From Candidatus Wildermuthbacteria bacterium (GTDB taxonomy: Bacteria > Patescibacteriota > Minisyncoccia > Minisyncoccales > PEYH01): a stretch of 56,710 bases of DNA. The stretch lies in NCBI GenBank assembly GCA_037445205.1, contig JBBIKX010000002.1, positions 1 through 56,710 of the forward strand, read 5' to 3'. The notes under the pieces are model-generated. The model had not been told where the DNA came from, did no database searches, and saw only the letters and a program-made list of their open reading frames with translations. The translations under genes were made by a program, and so were the position numbers. Positions 19,030 through 29,112 of this stretch are shown piece by piece (position 1 is the first letter of the stretch; every line of letters starts with the position of its first letter).

Positions 19030-19971
19030 TTAATTTTTTATGCCCGTGGTTATTACTGTGATTTTTACTTCGTCTGGCAAAAAGTTTTTGGAGTCCTGAA
19101 TTGCCCCAAATATAATCTTTGCGCTGGGCAGTGCGTTTTTGGTAATTATCTTTGCCGCCTCTTTTACATCAAAAAGAGTTAAATTTTTTCCTCCGCTTAT
19201 GTTAAAAAGTATGCCGTTTGATCTTTTAGAATAAAAATCAAGCAAGGGAGAATTAATGGCTGCCATCGCAGCCTCTTTTGCCTTGTTCTCGCCCCTTCCT
19301 TTTCCCACCCCAAACATCGCCAAACCGGAATCTTTCATAATGGTTTTAATATCTGCAAAATCAACATTTATTAGACCCGGCAGGACTATTAAATCCGAAA
19401 TCCCCAACACCGCCTGTCTTAAAATTTCGTCTGCCGCAATAAAGGCGTGGGAGAGTTTTGTTTTGTCCGTGATCTGGGTTAAAATTTTATCGTTTGAAAT
19501 GATAAAAATCGTATCGGCTTTCTTTTTTATTTTTTCAAGAGACCTTTTGGCGATATTTTTTCTGCAAGATCCCTCAAATGTAAAGGGCATTGTAATTACG
19601 GCTATAACGAGCGCGTTAGTCCCCTTTGCGATCTCGGTTACAATGGGCGCCGCTCCCGAGCCCGTTCCTCCTCCAAGCCCGCATACGACAAAAATAACGT
19701 CTGCGCCCAAAAGGGCGGTTTTTATTTCTTCTTGAGATTCTCTGGCGGCTTTCTCTCCAATTTTTAGATTCATTCCCGCTCCAAATCCTTTTGTAATCTT
19801 TCTGCCAATCTCAATTTTTTTGTCCGCGCATGTTTTTTTTAAATCCTGCAAATCAGAGTTTATGGCAATCAGCTCTACTCCCCTTATTTTACCTTTAAAC
19901 ATCCTTGAAAGAGAATTGCCCCCCGACCCCCCGATTCCCACAACTTTTATTATCTTAGTCCCTTTTTTCAT
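19030..19971 (-). CDS. ftsZ: Cell division GTPase FtsZ (core only, 313 aa)
   Basis: GIGGSGGN and GLGGGTGSGAAPIV tubulin signature. The protein ends right after the C-terminal core subdomain. Confidence 0.95.
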   Translation of the reverse strand: MKKGTKIIKVVGIGGSGGNSLSRMFKGKIRGVELIAINSDLQDLKKTCADKKIEIGRKITKGFGAGMNLKIGEKAARESQEEIKTALLGADVIFVVCGLGGGTGSGAAPIVTEIAKGTNALVIAVITMPFTFEGSCRKNIAKRSLEKIKKKADTIFIISNDKILTQITDKTKLSHAFIAADEILRQAVLGISDLIVLPGLINVDFADIKTIMKDSGLAMFGVGKGRGENKAKEAAMAAINSPLLDFYSKRSNGILFNISGGKNLTLFDVKEAAKIITKNALPSAKIIFGAIQDSKNFLPDEVKITVITTGIKN

Positions 19972-21167
19972 GGCAAAAATGTCTTAAATATTCTTTTGAA
20001 AAACTTCATAAACCCTGTTTGGGGCAAATCTACTGATTCTTCTTTAGCGCCTTTTATGATTAATCCGCAAATGGTCGCAAACGATGGTTCCGACCTGATC
20101 CCGATAAATCCCTTGGGCATTCCTATTTTTGCAGGAAGATCCAGCGTTTTCTTGGAAAAATCCACCAAGCCGGGCAACTTAGCGCCTCCTCCCGTTAATA
20201 CCACTCCCGCAGGGAGCACGTTTGCCTTGGAAATCTTTTTGAGCTCTTTTTGAATTAAATCCAAAAGCTCTGTAATTCTTGCCCTGCCCGCCTGAGCCAT
20301 TTTGGACACTGGAAAAACGAAATATTCGCCCGGAGATATTTCTATTTTTTCTTTTTTGCTTGATTTTTTAAAAATATATTCTCCGAATTTTAATTTAATT
20401 TTCTCTGCTGTTTCGATTTCTGTTTTAAGAGCAATGGCAATATCATTTGAAATATGAGAAGAGCCCATGGGCAACACCGCAAGATGCAAAAGCGATTCTT
20501 CTTCAAAAACAGCGATTCCCGTGCTGCCCGCGCCTATGTCCACGATTACCACTCCGAGCTCTTTTTGCTGGGGCGTTAGAACCGCTTCGGCGGCGGCCAG
20601 CGGAGACGGCAAAACCTCCATAATTTCCAAATCAGCGCTTGTTGCCGCATCAATTAAATTTTTAACATAAGGAGAAAACGCGCAAATATTCAAAACTTCC
20701 GCCTCAAGCTTTATTCCCCGTAAACCAAGGGGGTTTTTTATGCCCCCCTCGCCATCTATGATAAATTCTCTTGGGTATGCCTCTAATACCTCTTTATTAA
20801 ACGGCAGGGAAACCGCCCTTGAATCCTCAACCACCCTATCAATGTCTTCTTGGGAAACTTTTTGGTCTGCGCGGGAAATAGCCACCGCTCCGCGCCCATT
20901 TTTGCAAAAAAGATGGTAACCGCCTATATTCAAAAAAATTTTATTTATTTTTCTTTTGCAATCCCCTTCCATCATTCTTTTCAATGCTAAAATCTTCTCT
21001 GTGGTTTTTTCTGCGTCTATCACCATTCCTTTTCTAAGTCCCATTGAAGGAAAACTATGGAAGCTTATCACTTCCATTGTTTGGCCATCCTGTTTTCTTG
21101 CAACCGACATCCCCCTAATTTTGTCCGAACCAATGTCCAGAGCGTTTATTAAAAAATCCCTTGGCAT
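19968..21167 (-). CDS. ftsA: Cell division protein FtsA
   Basis: Actin-like fold motifs (DIGSDKI, VDIGAGSTGIA, LTGGGAKLPG) and a C-terminal amphipathic helix FMKFFKRIFKTFL. The stop overlaps the ftsZ start. Confidence 0.9.
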   Translation of the reverse strand: MPRDFLINALDIGSDKIRGMSVARKQDGQTMEVISFHSFPSMGLRKGMVIDAEKTTEKILALKRMMEGDCKRKINKIFLNIGGYHLFCKNGRGAVAISRADQKVSQEDIDRVVEDSRAVSLPFNKEVLEAYPREFIIDGEGGIKNPLGLRGIKLEAEVLNICAFSPYVKNLIDAATSADLEIMEVLPSPLAAAEAVLTPQQKELGVVIVDIGAGSTGIAVFEEESLLHLAVLPMGSSHISNDIAIALKTEIETAEKIKLKFGEYIFKKSSKKEKIEISPGEYFVFPVSKMAQAGRARITELLDLIQKELKKISKANVLPAGVVLTGGGAKLPGLVDFSKKTLDLPAKIGMPKGFIGIRSEPSFATICGLIIKGAKEESVDLPQTGFMKFFKRIFKTFLP

Positions 21168-21168
21168 A

Positions 21169-21591
21169 TTATTTAAAAAATTTCTTGAGATGTTTTTCCT
21201 CGCGCCTTTTCATCAGGTTTTTTTCCTTTTTCTTTTTATGCCGATACCCCAGCAAATGGAGTGTTCCATGTATAAGCGCGCGCGAAAATTCTTTTTGATA
21301 ATTTGTTTTATAAGCTTTGGCGGTTTTTTTTATTATCTTCGGACAAATAAAAATTTCTCCCAACTGGACGAATTTCCCCCTGAATTCTTTAAAATGAGTG
21401 GCAAATGAAAGCACGTCTGTTGGCTCATTTTTTTTCCGATAAAGCTTATTTATCTTTTTTATTTTTTGAGGGGTTGTTATTACAAGAGAAACCATCCCTA
21501 GTTTTTTTTCGCCCAAAAGAACTGCCCCAACAATTTTTCCCAAAAAAACGCTGTTTATTTTTTCTTCGGTGTAATTGATTATTTCAACCAT
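21169..21591 (-). CDS. ybeY: rRNA maturation endoribonuclease YbeY
   Basis: HGTLHLLGYRH zinc-binding motif. Confidence 0.9.
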   Translation of the reverse strand: MVEIINYTEEKINSVFLGKIVGAVLLGEKKLGMVSLVITTPQKIKKINKLYRKKNEPTDVLSFATHFKEFRGKFVQLGEIFICPKIIKKTAKAYKTNYQKEFSRALIHGTLHLLGYRHKKKKEKNLMKRREEKHLKKFFK

Positions 21592-21693
21592 TTTTAAAAT
21601 GAGCCAAAAGATATTATATTATCCTATCAAAACTGAAAAATTAAAGCAAACAAAAAACCCGATTTGAAGGGCCTTATAATAAGAATTATTTTT

Positions 21694-21945
21694 TTATTCT
21701 TTCCCCAGCTTCTCGAGTTTTTTATAAGACAAAGCAAGCTCTTCTCTCCTAAGGGCGGCTTTTATTCTGAGCTTTCTTGAAAGAGGTCTTTTTCTGCGGA
21801 GGGATTTTTTTGCCTGAATTAAAACGCCGCTTTTCTTGAATCTTTTCATAAAGCGACTTACCAGCTGCTTGCTGTTTTCCTCCCGTTTTTTCTCAACCCT
21901 AAAAGCGCTTATCATGTTTTTGTTTGTTTCTTCTCTGCTCATCAT
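21694..21945 (-). CDS. rpsU: 30S ribosomal protein S21
   Basis: SRFMKRFKKSGVLIQAKK...RKRPLSRKLR resembles RRFKR..EKAGVL...KP..RKR of S21. The true start may be an internal Met. Confidence 0.65.
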   Translation of the reverse strand: MMSREETNKNMISAFRVEKKREENSKQLVSRFMKRFKKSGVLIQAKKSLRRKRPLSRKLRIKAALRREELALSYKKLEKLGKE

Positions 21946-21979
21946 ATTTTTAGCATAAAGAGGCGCAGTTTTGCAAGCC

Positions 21980-22315
21980 CTAAGGACATCGTTTTATCTT
22001 TCCCGCCAAAAAATGCAAATGAAGATGTTTTACAATCTGTCCTCCTCCTTGTCCCACGTTAAAAATTAACTTATAGCCATTTTTTGCTTCAACAATTTCT
22101 TTTGATATACGATCTGACATAGAAATTAAGGAAGAGATCAATTGGTTGTTTTCTTGGTTCAGGTGATTAAGCGACTCAATATGTTCTTTGGGAATGATTA
22201 AAAAATGCACATCGGCCTTGGGGTCAATGTCTTTAAAAACCATCACCTTATCGTTCTCAAATAATATTTGCGAGGGAAGTTCTTTTTTTATAATTTTACA
22301 GAAAACGCACTCCAT
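21980..22315 (-). CDS. HIT-family (histidine triad) nucleotide hydrolase
   Basis: C-terminal HLHLHFL histidine triad and N-terminal CVFCKI. Confidence 0.85.
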   Translation of the reverse strand: MECVFCKIIKKELPSQILFENDKVMVFKDIDPKADVHFLIIPKEHIESLNHLNQENNQLISSLISMSDRISKEIVEAKNGYKLIFNVGQGGGQIVKHLHLHFLAGKIKRCP

Positions 22316-23626
22316 TTATTTTCTTTTTTTTGCTTTTTCTTTTTTCAAAAGCGATTTTACTTTCTCTATAATCGTATTCTGTAAAACTGTTTCTTGGTTG
22401 CCGTCTTCCATATTTCTTATGATTACACTCTTCTTGACCACCTCTTCTTCCCCGATGATAATCGACCAATCCGCCCTCAATTTATTGGCTATTTTCAGCT
22501 GGTTCGCTAATGAATCTTTGGTCAGCGAAAAACCCGCTTGAATATTGTTTTTTTTAAATGATTCTATAAGCTTTAAAGCTTCTATCTTCGCCCGATCTCC
22601 AAGCTGTGCAATAAAAATTTTTGGCGGGGGCCAAGAATCCGGCTTTAAATCTTTTTCTTTCATAGTATTGATAATTCTTTCAACTCCGGCTGCTGCTCCG
22701 CAGGCAGAAATATTTCTCTTGCCAATAAGCTTCAAAAGATCATCGTATCTTCCTCCCCCAACCAGCGCGTTCTTTTTTGCTTGATCGTCTTCTGGCTGAA
22801 CAGCAATTTCAAAAACAGTCTTTGTGTAATAATCAAGCCCTCTTACAAGATATGGATTCAGGTTGTAAGGAATCTCAAGAGCATCCAGATATTCCAGAAC
22901 GTTTTTAAAGTGCCTCCTGCATTCTTCGCAAAGATAATCAAGAATCTGAGGCGCCTGGTTTATGATTCGCTGGCATTTTTCTTCTTTGCAATCAAGAACC
23001 CTTAGAGGATTAATCTTCAACCTTCTTTTGCAGTCAACGCAAAGATGGCTTTCGTTGGATTTTAAGCATCTTGTTAACGATTTTTTAAAATAAGGCCGGC
23101 ATTGCGAATTGCCTATGCTGTTTACCATTACTACCAAATTTTTGATGCCCAGCGCGCCAAGAAAACTATAAAAAATCCAGATTATCTCCACATCCGTTAT
23201 CGCATTATTGGATCCAAAAACCTCAAGGTTAATTTGATGAAATTGTCTGTATCTTCCCGCCTGCGGCTTTTCATGGCGAAAGACCGGCCCGCGAGTATAA
23301 ATTTTTACGGGGTGAGGCCAGCTGATCATTCCCTGTTCAAAATAACTTCTTGCCAGCGATGGAGTGAATTCGGGGCGCATAGCCAGATATTCTCCTCCTC
23401 TTGTTTTCAAAAGATACATCTGTTTTTCGACTATTTCTGTAGTCTCTCCCGTGCCTCTTAGAAAAAGTTCATAATTTTCCAGAATGGGCGTGTCAATTCT
23501 TTCAAAAGAATAAAATTTAGCGTATTTGTCGGCGGTTGAATAAACTTTTTCAAAATAGCCCTGATCTTGTGGCAAAATATCTTTTAAGCCAAGCGGGGTT
23601 TGAAATTTAAACTTATTTTGCTTCAT
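22316..23626 (-). CDS. hisS: Histidyl-tRNA synthetase
   Basis: Class II motifs (LRPEFT, FRHEKPQAGRYRQFHQ, GGGRYD) and an anticodon-binding C-terminal domain. Confidence 0.95.
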   Translation of the reverse strand: MKQNKFKFQTPLGLKDILPQDQGYFEKVYSTADKYAKFYSFERIDTPILENYELFLRGTGETTEIVEKQMYLLKTRGGEYLAMRPEFTPSLARSYFEQGMISWPHPVKIYTRGPVFRHEKPQAGRYRQFHQINLEVFGSNNAITDVEIIWIFYSFLGALGIKNLVVMVNSIGNSQCRPYFKKSLTRCLKSNESHLCVDCKRRLKINPLRVLDCKEEKCQRIINQAPQILDYLCEECRRHFKNVLEYLDALEIPYNLNPYLVRGLDYYTKTVFEIAVQPEDDQAKKNALVGGGRYDDLLKLIGKRNISACGAAAGVERIINTMKEKDLKPDSWPPPKIFIAQLGDRAKIEALKLIESFKKNNIQAGFSLTKDSLANQLKIANKLRADWSIIIGEEEVVKKSVIIRNMEDGNQETVLQNTIIEKVKSLLKKEKAKKRK

Positions 23627-23642
23627 GCTGGGCTTTTTAATA

Positions 23643-24188
23643 TTAATTTTGAGGGGGTTTAGCGAAAGTAGCTATCGGCCAAAGCCGGAAAGCCACTTTC
23701 CCGATTATGTTTTCCCGCAGAATCGCCCCAAACGAACGGGAATCAAGCGAATGCCCGCGATTATCTCCCAAAACAAAATACTCATTTTCCTTGAGAGTAA
23801 TTTCCAAATCAATCTGAAAATCTTGGGGGCTTAAAAAAGATAAATATTGAGATTCATCAAGCTCATAGAATTCGTTGCTCTGTTCAAAATAAATTTTCCC
23901 CCGATCAATTTTAATTGTCTCAAGCGGGAGTCCGATTATTCTTTTAATAAATCTTTGCCGACTATTAATGGGGCTTCGAAAAACAACTACGTCCCCCCTT
24001 TTTGGTTCTGCAAAGCGATAACTTATTTCATCTACGATGAGATAATCGAAATTATGAAAATTCGGCTCCATGCTTGCTCCTCGGACAAAAAACGGCTGGA
24101 AAATAAAAGCTCTTATGGGAACAACGATAATCAGGGCGATTAAGGCGATTTTAATCAGCTCCCAGAAAAAAAGTAATGTTTTTTTCAT
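23643..24188 (-). CDS. lepB: Signal peptidase I
   Basis: GASMEPNF (catalytic Ser), KRIIGLP (Lys box) and GDNRGHSLDSR. Start moved to MKKTLLFF (ATG 24188), because the track's 65-aa N-terminal extension runs into the pth promoter region. Confidence 0.85.
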   Translation of the reverse strand: MKKTLLFFWELIKIALIALIIVVPIRAFIFQPFFVRGASMEPNFHNFDYLIVDEISYRFAEPKRGDVVVFRSPINSRQRFIKRIIGLPLETIKIDRGKIYFEQSNEFYELDESQYLSFLSPQDFQIDLEITLKENEYFVLGDNRGHSLDSRSFGAILRENIIGKVAFRLWPIATFAKPPQN

Positions 24189-24244
24189 AGATATTATAAT
24201 CATAATATCATTTTTTAATTTTGCAAGTAGTGTTATAATAAAAA

Positions 24245-24811
24245 ATGATTGTTGTTGTCGGATTGGGCAACCCCGGAAAAAAATTTGAAAAAACAAGGCA
24301 TAATGTCGGTTTTGAATTTCTTGACTATCTAAAAGAGAAAAAGGGCTTTTCGGATTGGGCAATGAAGAATTATTTTCTTGCAAAAATATCTGTCGGAAAT
24401 ATTCTGGAGAAAAAGGTTTTGCTTATAAAACCGCAAATATTTATGAATAATTCGGGCAAAACCGCTAAAAGAATTTCGGGGAAGCTGGGCGTTGAAACAG
24501 AAAACTTCTGGGTGATCCACGATGATACAGCTCTTGAATTTGGAAGAATAAAAATGTCAAAAAATCATAGCTCGGCCGGACACAAGGGAGTCCAGTCAAT
24601 AATAGACAAAATGGGTTCAAAAAATTTTTTGCGGTTCCGCGTAGGGATAGGGATGCCAAAAGGAAAAAATAAAAAGATTTTTGTCCTCAAAAAATTTAAT
24701 CAGAGAGAAGAAAAATTATTGACGGCCGCCAAAGAAAAGCTTATCCTAATCCTTGAAATGGCGCTAGAGCAAGGCATTCAAAGAGCGATGACTGAATGTA
24801 ACAAAAAATAA
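24245..24811 (+). CDS. pth: Peptidyl-tRNA hydrolase
   Basis: VVGLGNPG...TRHNVGF and SAGHKGVQSI motifs. Confidence 0.9.
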   Translation: MIVVVGLGNPGKKFEKTRHNVGFEFLDYLKEKKGFSDWAMKNYFLAKISVGNILEKKVLLIKPQIFMNNSGKTAKRISGKLGVETENFWVIHDDTALEFGRIKMSKNHSSAGHKGVQSIIDKMGSKNFLRFRVGIGMPKGKNKKIFVLKKFNQREEKLLTAAKEKLILILEMALEQGIQRAMTECNKK

Positions 24812-24816
24812 ATTTA

Positions 24817-25683
24817 ATGGACAACATTTCTGCTCTTAAAATCAACGATAAAGGGTATCCTCAATCGCTTAAAAAAATTTCTAACCCCCCAAAAAATATT
24901 TATTATAGAGGAATTCTGGATTTCGGGGAAAAACCATTTATCGCCGTTGTTGGCACGAGAAAATGTTCTGATTATGGAAAGCAGGCCGTTATTGATTTTG
25001 TAAATAAATTAGGCGGGGCGGGCTTTGTAATCGTAAGCGGTTTAGCCAAGGGAATTGACGGCCTTGCCCACAAAACCGCCCTTCAGAGCGGCGCGAAAAC
25101 AATTGCGGTCCTGGGATCGGGAGTCGATGAAAAAAGCATCTATCCCCGCGAAAATGCCAATTTGGCAAAGAAAATAATTGAAGCGGGGGGAGCCATTCTT
25201 TCTGAATATCCATCGGGGACTCCCGCGATGCAGCATCATTTTCCCCAGAGAAACAGAATCATTGCGGGGCTTTCAGACGCGATTCTTGTAATTGAAGCAA
25301 AGAAAAAATCGGGATCATTAATTACCGCAAGCTTCGGATTTTCGCAAAAAAAACCGGTTTTTTCCGTGCCGGGATCGATTTATAGTTTAAATTCTGAAGG
25401 ATGCCATTTGCTTATCAAAGATGGGGCAAAAATTGCGCAAGGCGGGGGCGAAATATTGGAATACTTCAAAATTGCTCCCTCAAAAAAGGGGGATTTAACT
25501 GCGAAAACGGAAGAGGGAGCGATAATAATCAAGGCTTTGCGCAGCGGCGCCCTCCACATAGATAAAATTATTCAAAAAACACAATTGTCTCCTTCAAAAA
25601 CCATTACTGCTTTATCAGACCTTGAGCTGGAAGGAAACGTCAAAAACCTTGGGGGAAATGTTTTCTCTTTAAATCTTAAATAA
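24817..25683 (+). CDS. dprA: DNA-processing protein DprA
   Basis: VVGTRKCS...GLAKGIDGLAHKTAL...SEYP Rossmann-like DprA core. Confidence 0.9.
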   Translation: MDNISALKINDKGYPQSLKKISNPPKNIYYRGILDFGEKPFIAVVGTRKCSDYGKQAVIDFVNKLGGAGFVIVSGLAKGIDGLAHKTALQSGAKTIAVLGSGVDEKSIYPRENANLAKKIIEAGGAILSEYPSGTPAMQHHFPQRNRIIAGLSDAILVIEAKKKSGSLITASFGFSQKKPVFSVPGSIYSLNSEGCHLLIKDGAKIAQGGGEILEYFKIAPSKKGDLTAKTEEGAIIIKALRSGALHIDKIIQKTQLSPSKTITALSDLELEGNVKNLGGNVFSLNLK

Positions 25684-27786
25684 ATGAAAAGTTCTTCTCA
25701 AAAAAAATCTTTAATAATCGTGGAATCCCCGACTAAGGCGCGCACAATTCAAAAATTTTTGGGCAACGATTTTTCCATTCATTCATCCTATGGCCACATA
25801 AGAGATTTGCCAAAAACAAAGTTCGGGGTAGACGTAGAAAATAACTTTGAACCGCAATTTATAATCTCATCCAAGGCCAAAAAGACGATGAATCTTTTAA
25901 AAAACGAAGCAAAAAAAGCGGGGGGGATAATTCTTGCCACAGACGAAGACCGCGAAGGAGAAAGCATTGCTTTTCATCTTAAAGAAGCATTGGCTCTCGA
26001 TGAAAGATATAAAAGGATAGTTTTCCACGAAATTACAAAAAGCGCGATCAAAGAGGCGCTTTTGAGCCCGAGAAAAATAGATATAGATCTTGTCCACGCG
26101 CAATTTGGAAGAAGAGTGCTGGACAGGATTGTGGGCTATAAACTTTCGCCTTTTTTATGGAAAAAAATAGCAAAGGGCCTTTCTGCCGGAAGAGTGCAGT
26201 CAGTAGCAGTCAGATTGGTCGTAGAAAGAGAAAAAGAGATAAAGGATTTCATTAAGCAAGAATATTGGACCATTGAAGCGTTGTTGGAAAAAATTACTGA
26301 TTCCAAACCGCACATTTCCGAAAAACCGCAAGTTCAAAATAAGGGATCGGGGAATGGTTTTGCGGCAATTTTGATGAAAAAAGATGGAAATGTTCTGCCA
26401 AAATTAGGAATAAAAAACAGAAAGGAGGCAGAAAATATCATCGAAGATCTGAAAGGCGCAAAATATAAAGTAAGCAATGTTGAGAAAAAAGAGCTAAAAA
26501 GAAACCCTCCTTCCCCATTCATCACCTCATCGCTGCAGCAAGAGGCATGGAAAAAACTCCGCTTCCCCGCAAAAAAAACAATGTTTCTCGCTCAAAATCT
26601 TTATGAGCGGGGCTTTATAACTTATCACCGAACAGATTCTTTAAACATTTCTAATCTTGCCCTGGCTGGCGCAAAAGAATTTATTGAGAAAAGCTTTGGA
26701 AAAGATTACTGGCAGTTTAGGAAATTTAAAACCAGGTCAAAGACGGCGCAGGAAGCGCATGAGGCGATAAGGCCGACTTATCCGCAAAATTCAGCGGACA
26801 AAATTAAAAAAGAAAGCAATCTGGAAAAAAATCAGATAAAGTTATACGAGCTGATTTGGAGAAGATTCATTGCCTCTCAGATGCGATCAGCTGTCTTTGA
26901 TTCCCAAAAGGTGGAAATTCAGGCGAAAAATTATATCTTTCAATCAACCGGTCAGTCTTTAAAATTTGATGGATTTTTGAAAATTTATCCGGTCAGTTTT
27001 ACAGAAAACGAATTGCCTGTTTTAAAAATAAACGAGGACTTATTTCTCAAAAAATTAATCCCACAACAACACTTCACCCAACCCCCCCCAAGATACACCG
27101 AAGCGACGCTCATCAGGGCGCTTGAAGAAAAAGGGATTGGCAGACCCTCAACCTATGCGCCCACGATATCAACCATTCAGGAAAGAAATTATATCCAAAA
27201 AATTGAAAGGGGCGCTCTTATGCCCACAGAAATTGCGATAATTATAAATAATCTTTTAGTTGAACATTTTCCAAATATTGTTGACATAAATTTTACCGCA
27301 AAAATGGAAGAGGAGCTGGACGAAATCGCCCAAGGGAAGATAAAGTGGCAGGATGCAATCAAAAAATTCTATTATCCCTTTGAAAAAAATCTTAATAAAA
27401 AGGGTGCAGAAATTTCCAAAAAAGAAATCGCCCAAGAAAAGACCGACAAAATTTGTCCGGAATGCGGATCGCCGATAGTGATAAAGCTGGGAAGGTTCGG
27501 AAAGTTTTATGCCTGCAGCAAATTTCCTGATTGCAAATACTCAAAATCGCTTGAGGCAAACCAGTTGAATATAAAATGCCCGAAGTGTAAATCCGCAGAA
27601 ATAGTTGAAAAAAGGACAAGAAAGGGAAAAATATTCTATGGCTGTCCAAGATACCCCCAGTGCGATTTTGCCACCTGGGACAAACCGACAGAAAAATTTT
27701 GCAAAAAATGCGAATGGGTTTTGGTAAGGACAAAACGGGGGCAGGTTAAATGCGCTAATCCGAAGTGTGCTAATCTTGAAAAATAG
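25684..27786 (+). CDS. topA: DNA topoisomerase I with C-terminal zinc ribbons
   Basis: Toprim LIIVESPTKA/ATDEDREGE, active-site ITYHRTDS and three CxxC...CxxC ribbons. Confidence 0.95.
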   Translation: MKSSSQKKSLIIVESPTKARTIQKFLGNDFSIHSSYGHIRDLPKTKFGVDVENNFEPQFIISSKAKKTMNLLKNEAKKAGGIILATDEDREGESIAFHLKEALALDERYKRIVFHEITKSAIKEALLSPRKIDIDLVHAQFGRRVLDRIVGYKLSPFLWKKIAKGLSAGRVQSVAVRLVVEREKEIKDFIKQEYWTIEALLEKITDSKPHISEKPQVQNKGSGNGFAAILMKKDGNVLPKLGIKNRKEAENIIEDLKGAKYKVSNVEKKELKRNPPSPFITSSLQQEAWKKLRFPAKKTMFLAQNLYERGFITYHRTDSLNISNLALAGAKEFIEKSFGKDYWQFRKFKTRSKTAQEAHEAIRPTYPQNSADKIKKESNLEKNQIKLYELIWRRFIASQMRSAVFDSQKVEIQAKNYIFQSTGQSLKFDGFLKIYPVSFTENELPVLKINEDLFLKKLIPQQHFTQPPPRYTEATLIRALEEKGIGRPSTYAPTISTIQERNYIQKIERGALMPTEIAIIINNLLVEHFPNIVDINFTAKMEEELDEIAQGKIKWQDAIKKFYYPFEKNLNKKGAEISKKEIAQEKTDKICPECGSPIVIKLGRFGKFYACSKFPDCKYSKSLEANQLNIKCPKCKSAEIVEKRTRKGKIFYGCPRYPQCDFATWDKPTEKFCKKCEWVLVRTKRGQVKCANPKCANLEK

Positions 27787-27820
27787 ACAATTGACTGATA
27801 AGAATATAATAAAGAAAATT

Positions 27821-27907
27821 GCCGAGGTGACGGAATTGGCATTCGTGCACGACTCAAAATCGTGTGGACTTCGGTCCGTGAGGGTTCGACTCCCTCCCTC
27901 GGCACCA
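27821..27907 (+). tRNA. tRNA-Leu (anticodon CAA), long variable arm, CCA encoded
   Basis: Acceptor stem GCCGAGG/CCTCGGC, anticodon stem CACGA/TCGTG with loop CT-CAA-AA, variable arm TGGACTTCGGTCCG, T arm GAGGG-TTCGACT-CCCTC, then A-CCA. Confidence 0.9.
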
Positions 27908-27958
27908 CCGAAAAAAGTCAAAGAGTTTTGGTTCGCCTCGCGGAGTTTATCCCGCCTA

Positions 27959-27987
27959 TTGTAAAATGGGCGGGGCTCGGTTATAAT
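27959..27987 (+). promoter_or_regulatory. Sigma70-like promoter (TTGTAA, 17-nt spacer, TATAAT) for the antiporter gene
   Basis: Direct reading of the hexamers and a 17-nt spacer. Confidence 0.45.
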
Positions 27988-28073
27988 TTGTAGGGAATTT
28001 CAGGCGAGAAAATCAGTTGGCGGTTTTGTTTGCGGCGAAGCCGCAAGTAAAAGAAAATTTTTTTATAAAATAT

Positions 28074-29084
28074 ATGCTTATACTTTGGATTTTAATTTTT
28101 ATTTTAAGTTTAGTTTTATTGGTAAAGTCGGCCGATTGGTTTGTTGAAAGCTCAGAAAAGATTGGCCTAGCTTTGAAAATTTCACCTTTTATTATTGGAG
28201 TGACCATTGTTTCTATTGGCACTTCTTTTCCCGAAATGGCTTCATCTATTGTCGCTGTTTTAAAAGGGGCAAGCGAAATTGTTGCTGCCAATGTGATTGG
28301 TTCAAATATTGCTAATATTCTTTTAATCGTTGGTTTATCAGCGGTTGCGGCCCGGACCTTACTTATTAAAAGAAGTTTAATTGATTTAGATGCTCCGCTT
28401 TTGGCCGCCGCTACCGGTTTGTTTATTTTTATTAGCTGGGATGGAAAAATTGTTTTTGGAGAAGGGGTTTTGTTTTTATTGGCCTTTGTAATTTATTTTC
28501 TTTACACAATTTTTCAAAGAAGAGAAGAAATTATTACCCCTGAATTAGTGGAAGTTTTGCCCGGAGGAATAGAAGTTAAGGTTTTGCCCTCGCGGATTGA
28601 AAGACGAAGAAAAGGGATAAAAGAGAAGCCAACAAGATTAAATTTTAAAGTTTTTCTTTTTTTAATTTCAGGAATAATCGGTTTAGTCGTTGGCGCCAAC
28701 TATACCATTGAGTCAGTTTTGAAGATTTCCGAGTTTTTAAAAATTTCCACCGCCTTGATAGCCATTACCGCTGTTGCCGTTGGTACTTCTTTGCCAGAAT
28801 TGGTGGTTTCGGTTCGAGCAGCTATAAAGAAAAAACATGACATTGCTTTGGGAAATATTTTTGGTTCAAATGTCTTTAATATCTTAGTTGTGGCCGGAAT
28901 TCCAGCCTTAATTAAACCTTTAGCAATAGATGATCTTACTTTTTTGGTTGGCCTTCCTTTTTTAGTTATTGCCACTTTACTTTTTGTTATTTCTGGGATT
29001 TCTCGAAGGATTCACATCTGGGAGGGAGCAATGTATCTCTTGATTTATGTTTTATTCGTTGTCAAGCTCCTCAATTTATTTTAG
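28074..29084 (+). CDS. Ca2+/Na+ antiporter (CaCA/YrbG family)
   Basis: Two alpha-repeat motifs, GTSFPEMASS and GTSLPELVVS. Start set at MLILWIL (ATG 28074) instead of the TTG at 28017. Confidence 0.85.
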   Translation: MLILWILIFILSLVLLVKSADWFVESSEKIGLALKISPFIIGVTIVSIGTSFPEMASSIVAVLKGASEIVAANVIGSNIANILLIVGLSAVAARTLLIKRSLIDLDAPLLAAATGLFIFISWDGKIVFGEGVLFLLAFVIYFLYTIFQRREEIITPELVEVLPGGIEVKVLPSRIERRRKGIKEKPTRLNFKVFLFLISGIIGLVVGANYTIESVLKISEFLKISTALIAITAVAVGTSLPELVVSVRAAIKKKHDIALGNIFGSNVFNILVVAGIPALIKPLAIDDLTFLVGLPFLVIATLLFVISGISRRIHIWEGAMYLLIYVLFVVKLLNLF

Positions 29085-29112
29085 TTGCCGCCAAAGAAAA
29101 GCTTGAAATTGT

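Noticed and set aside
23643-24383. Full 246-aa version of the lepB ORF
   Set aside because: The first 65 residues are not signal-peptidase-like and overlap the divergent pth promoter and start. The internal MKKTLLFF start gives the expected N-terminal TM segment.
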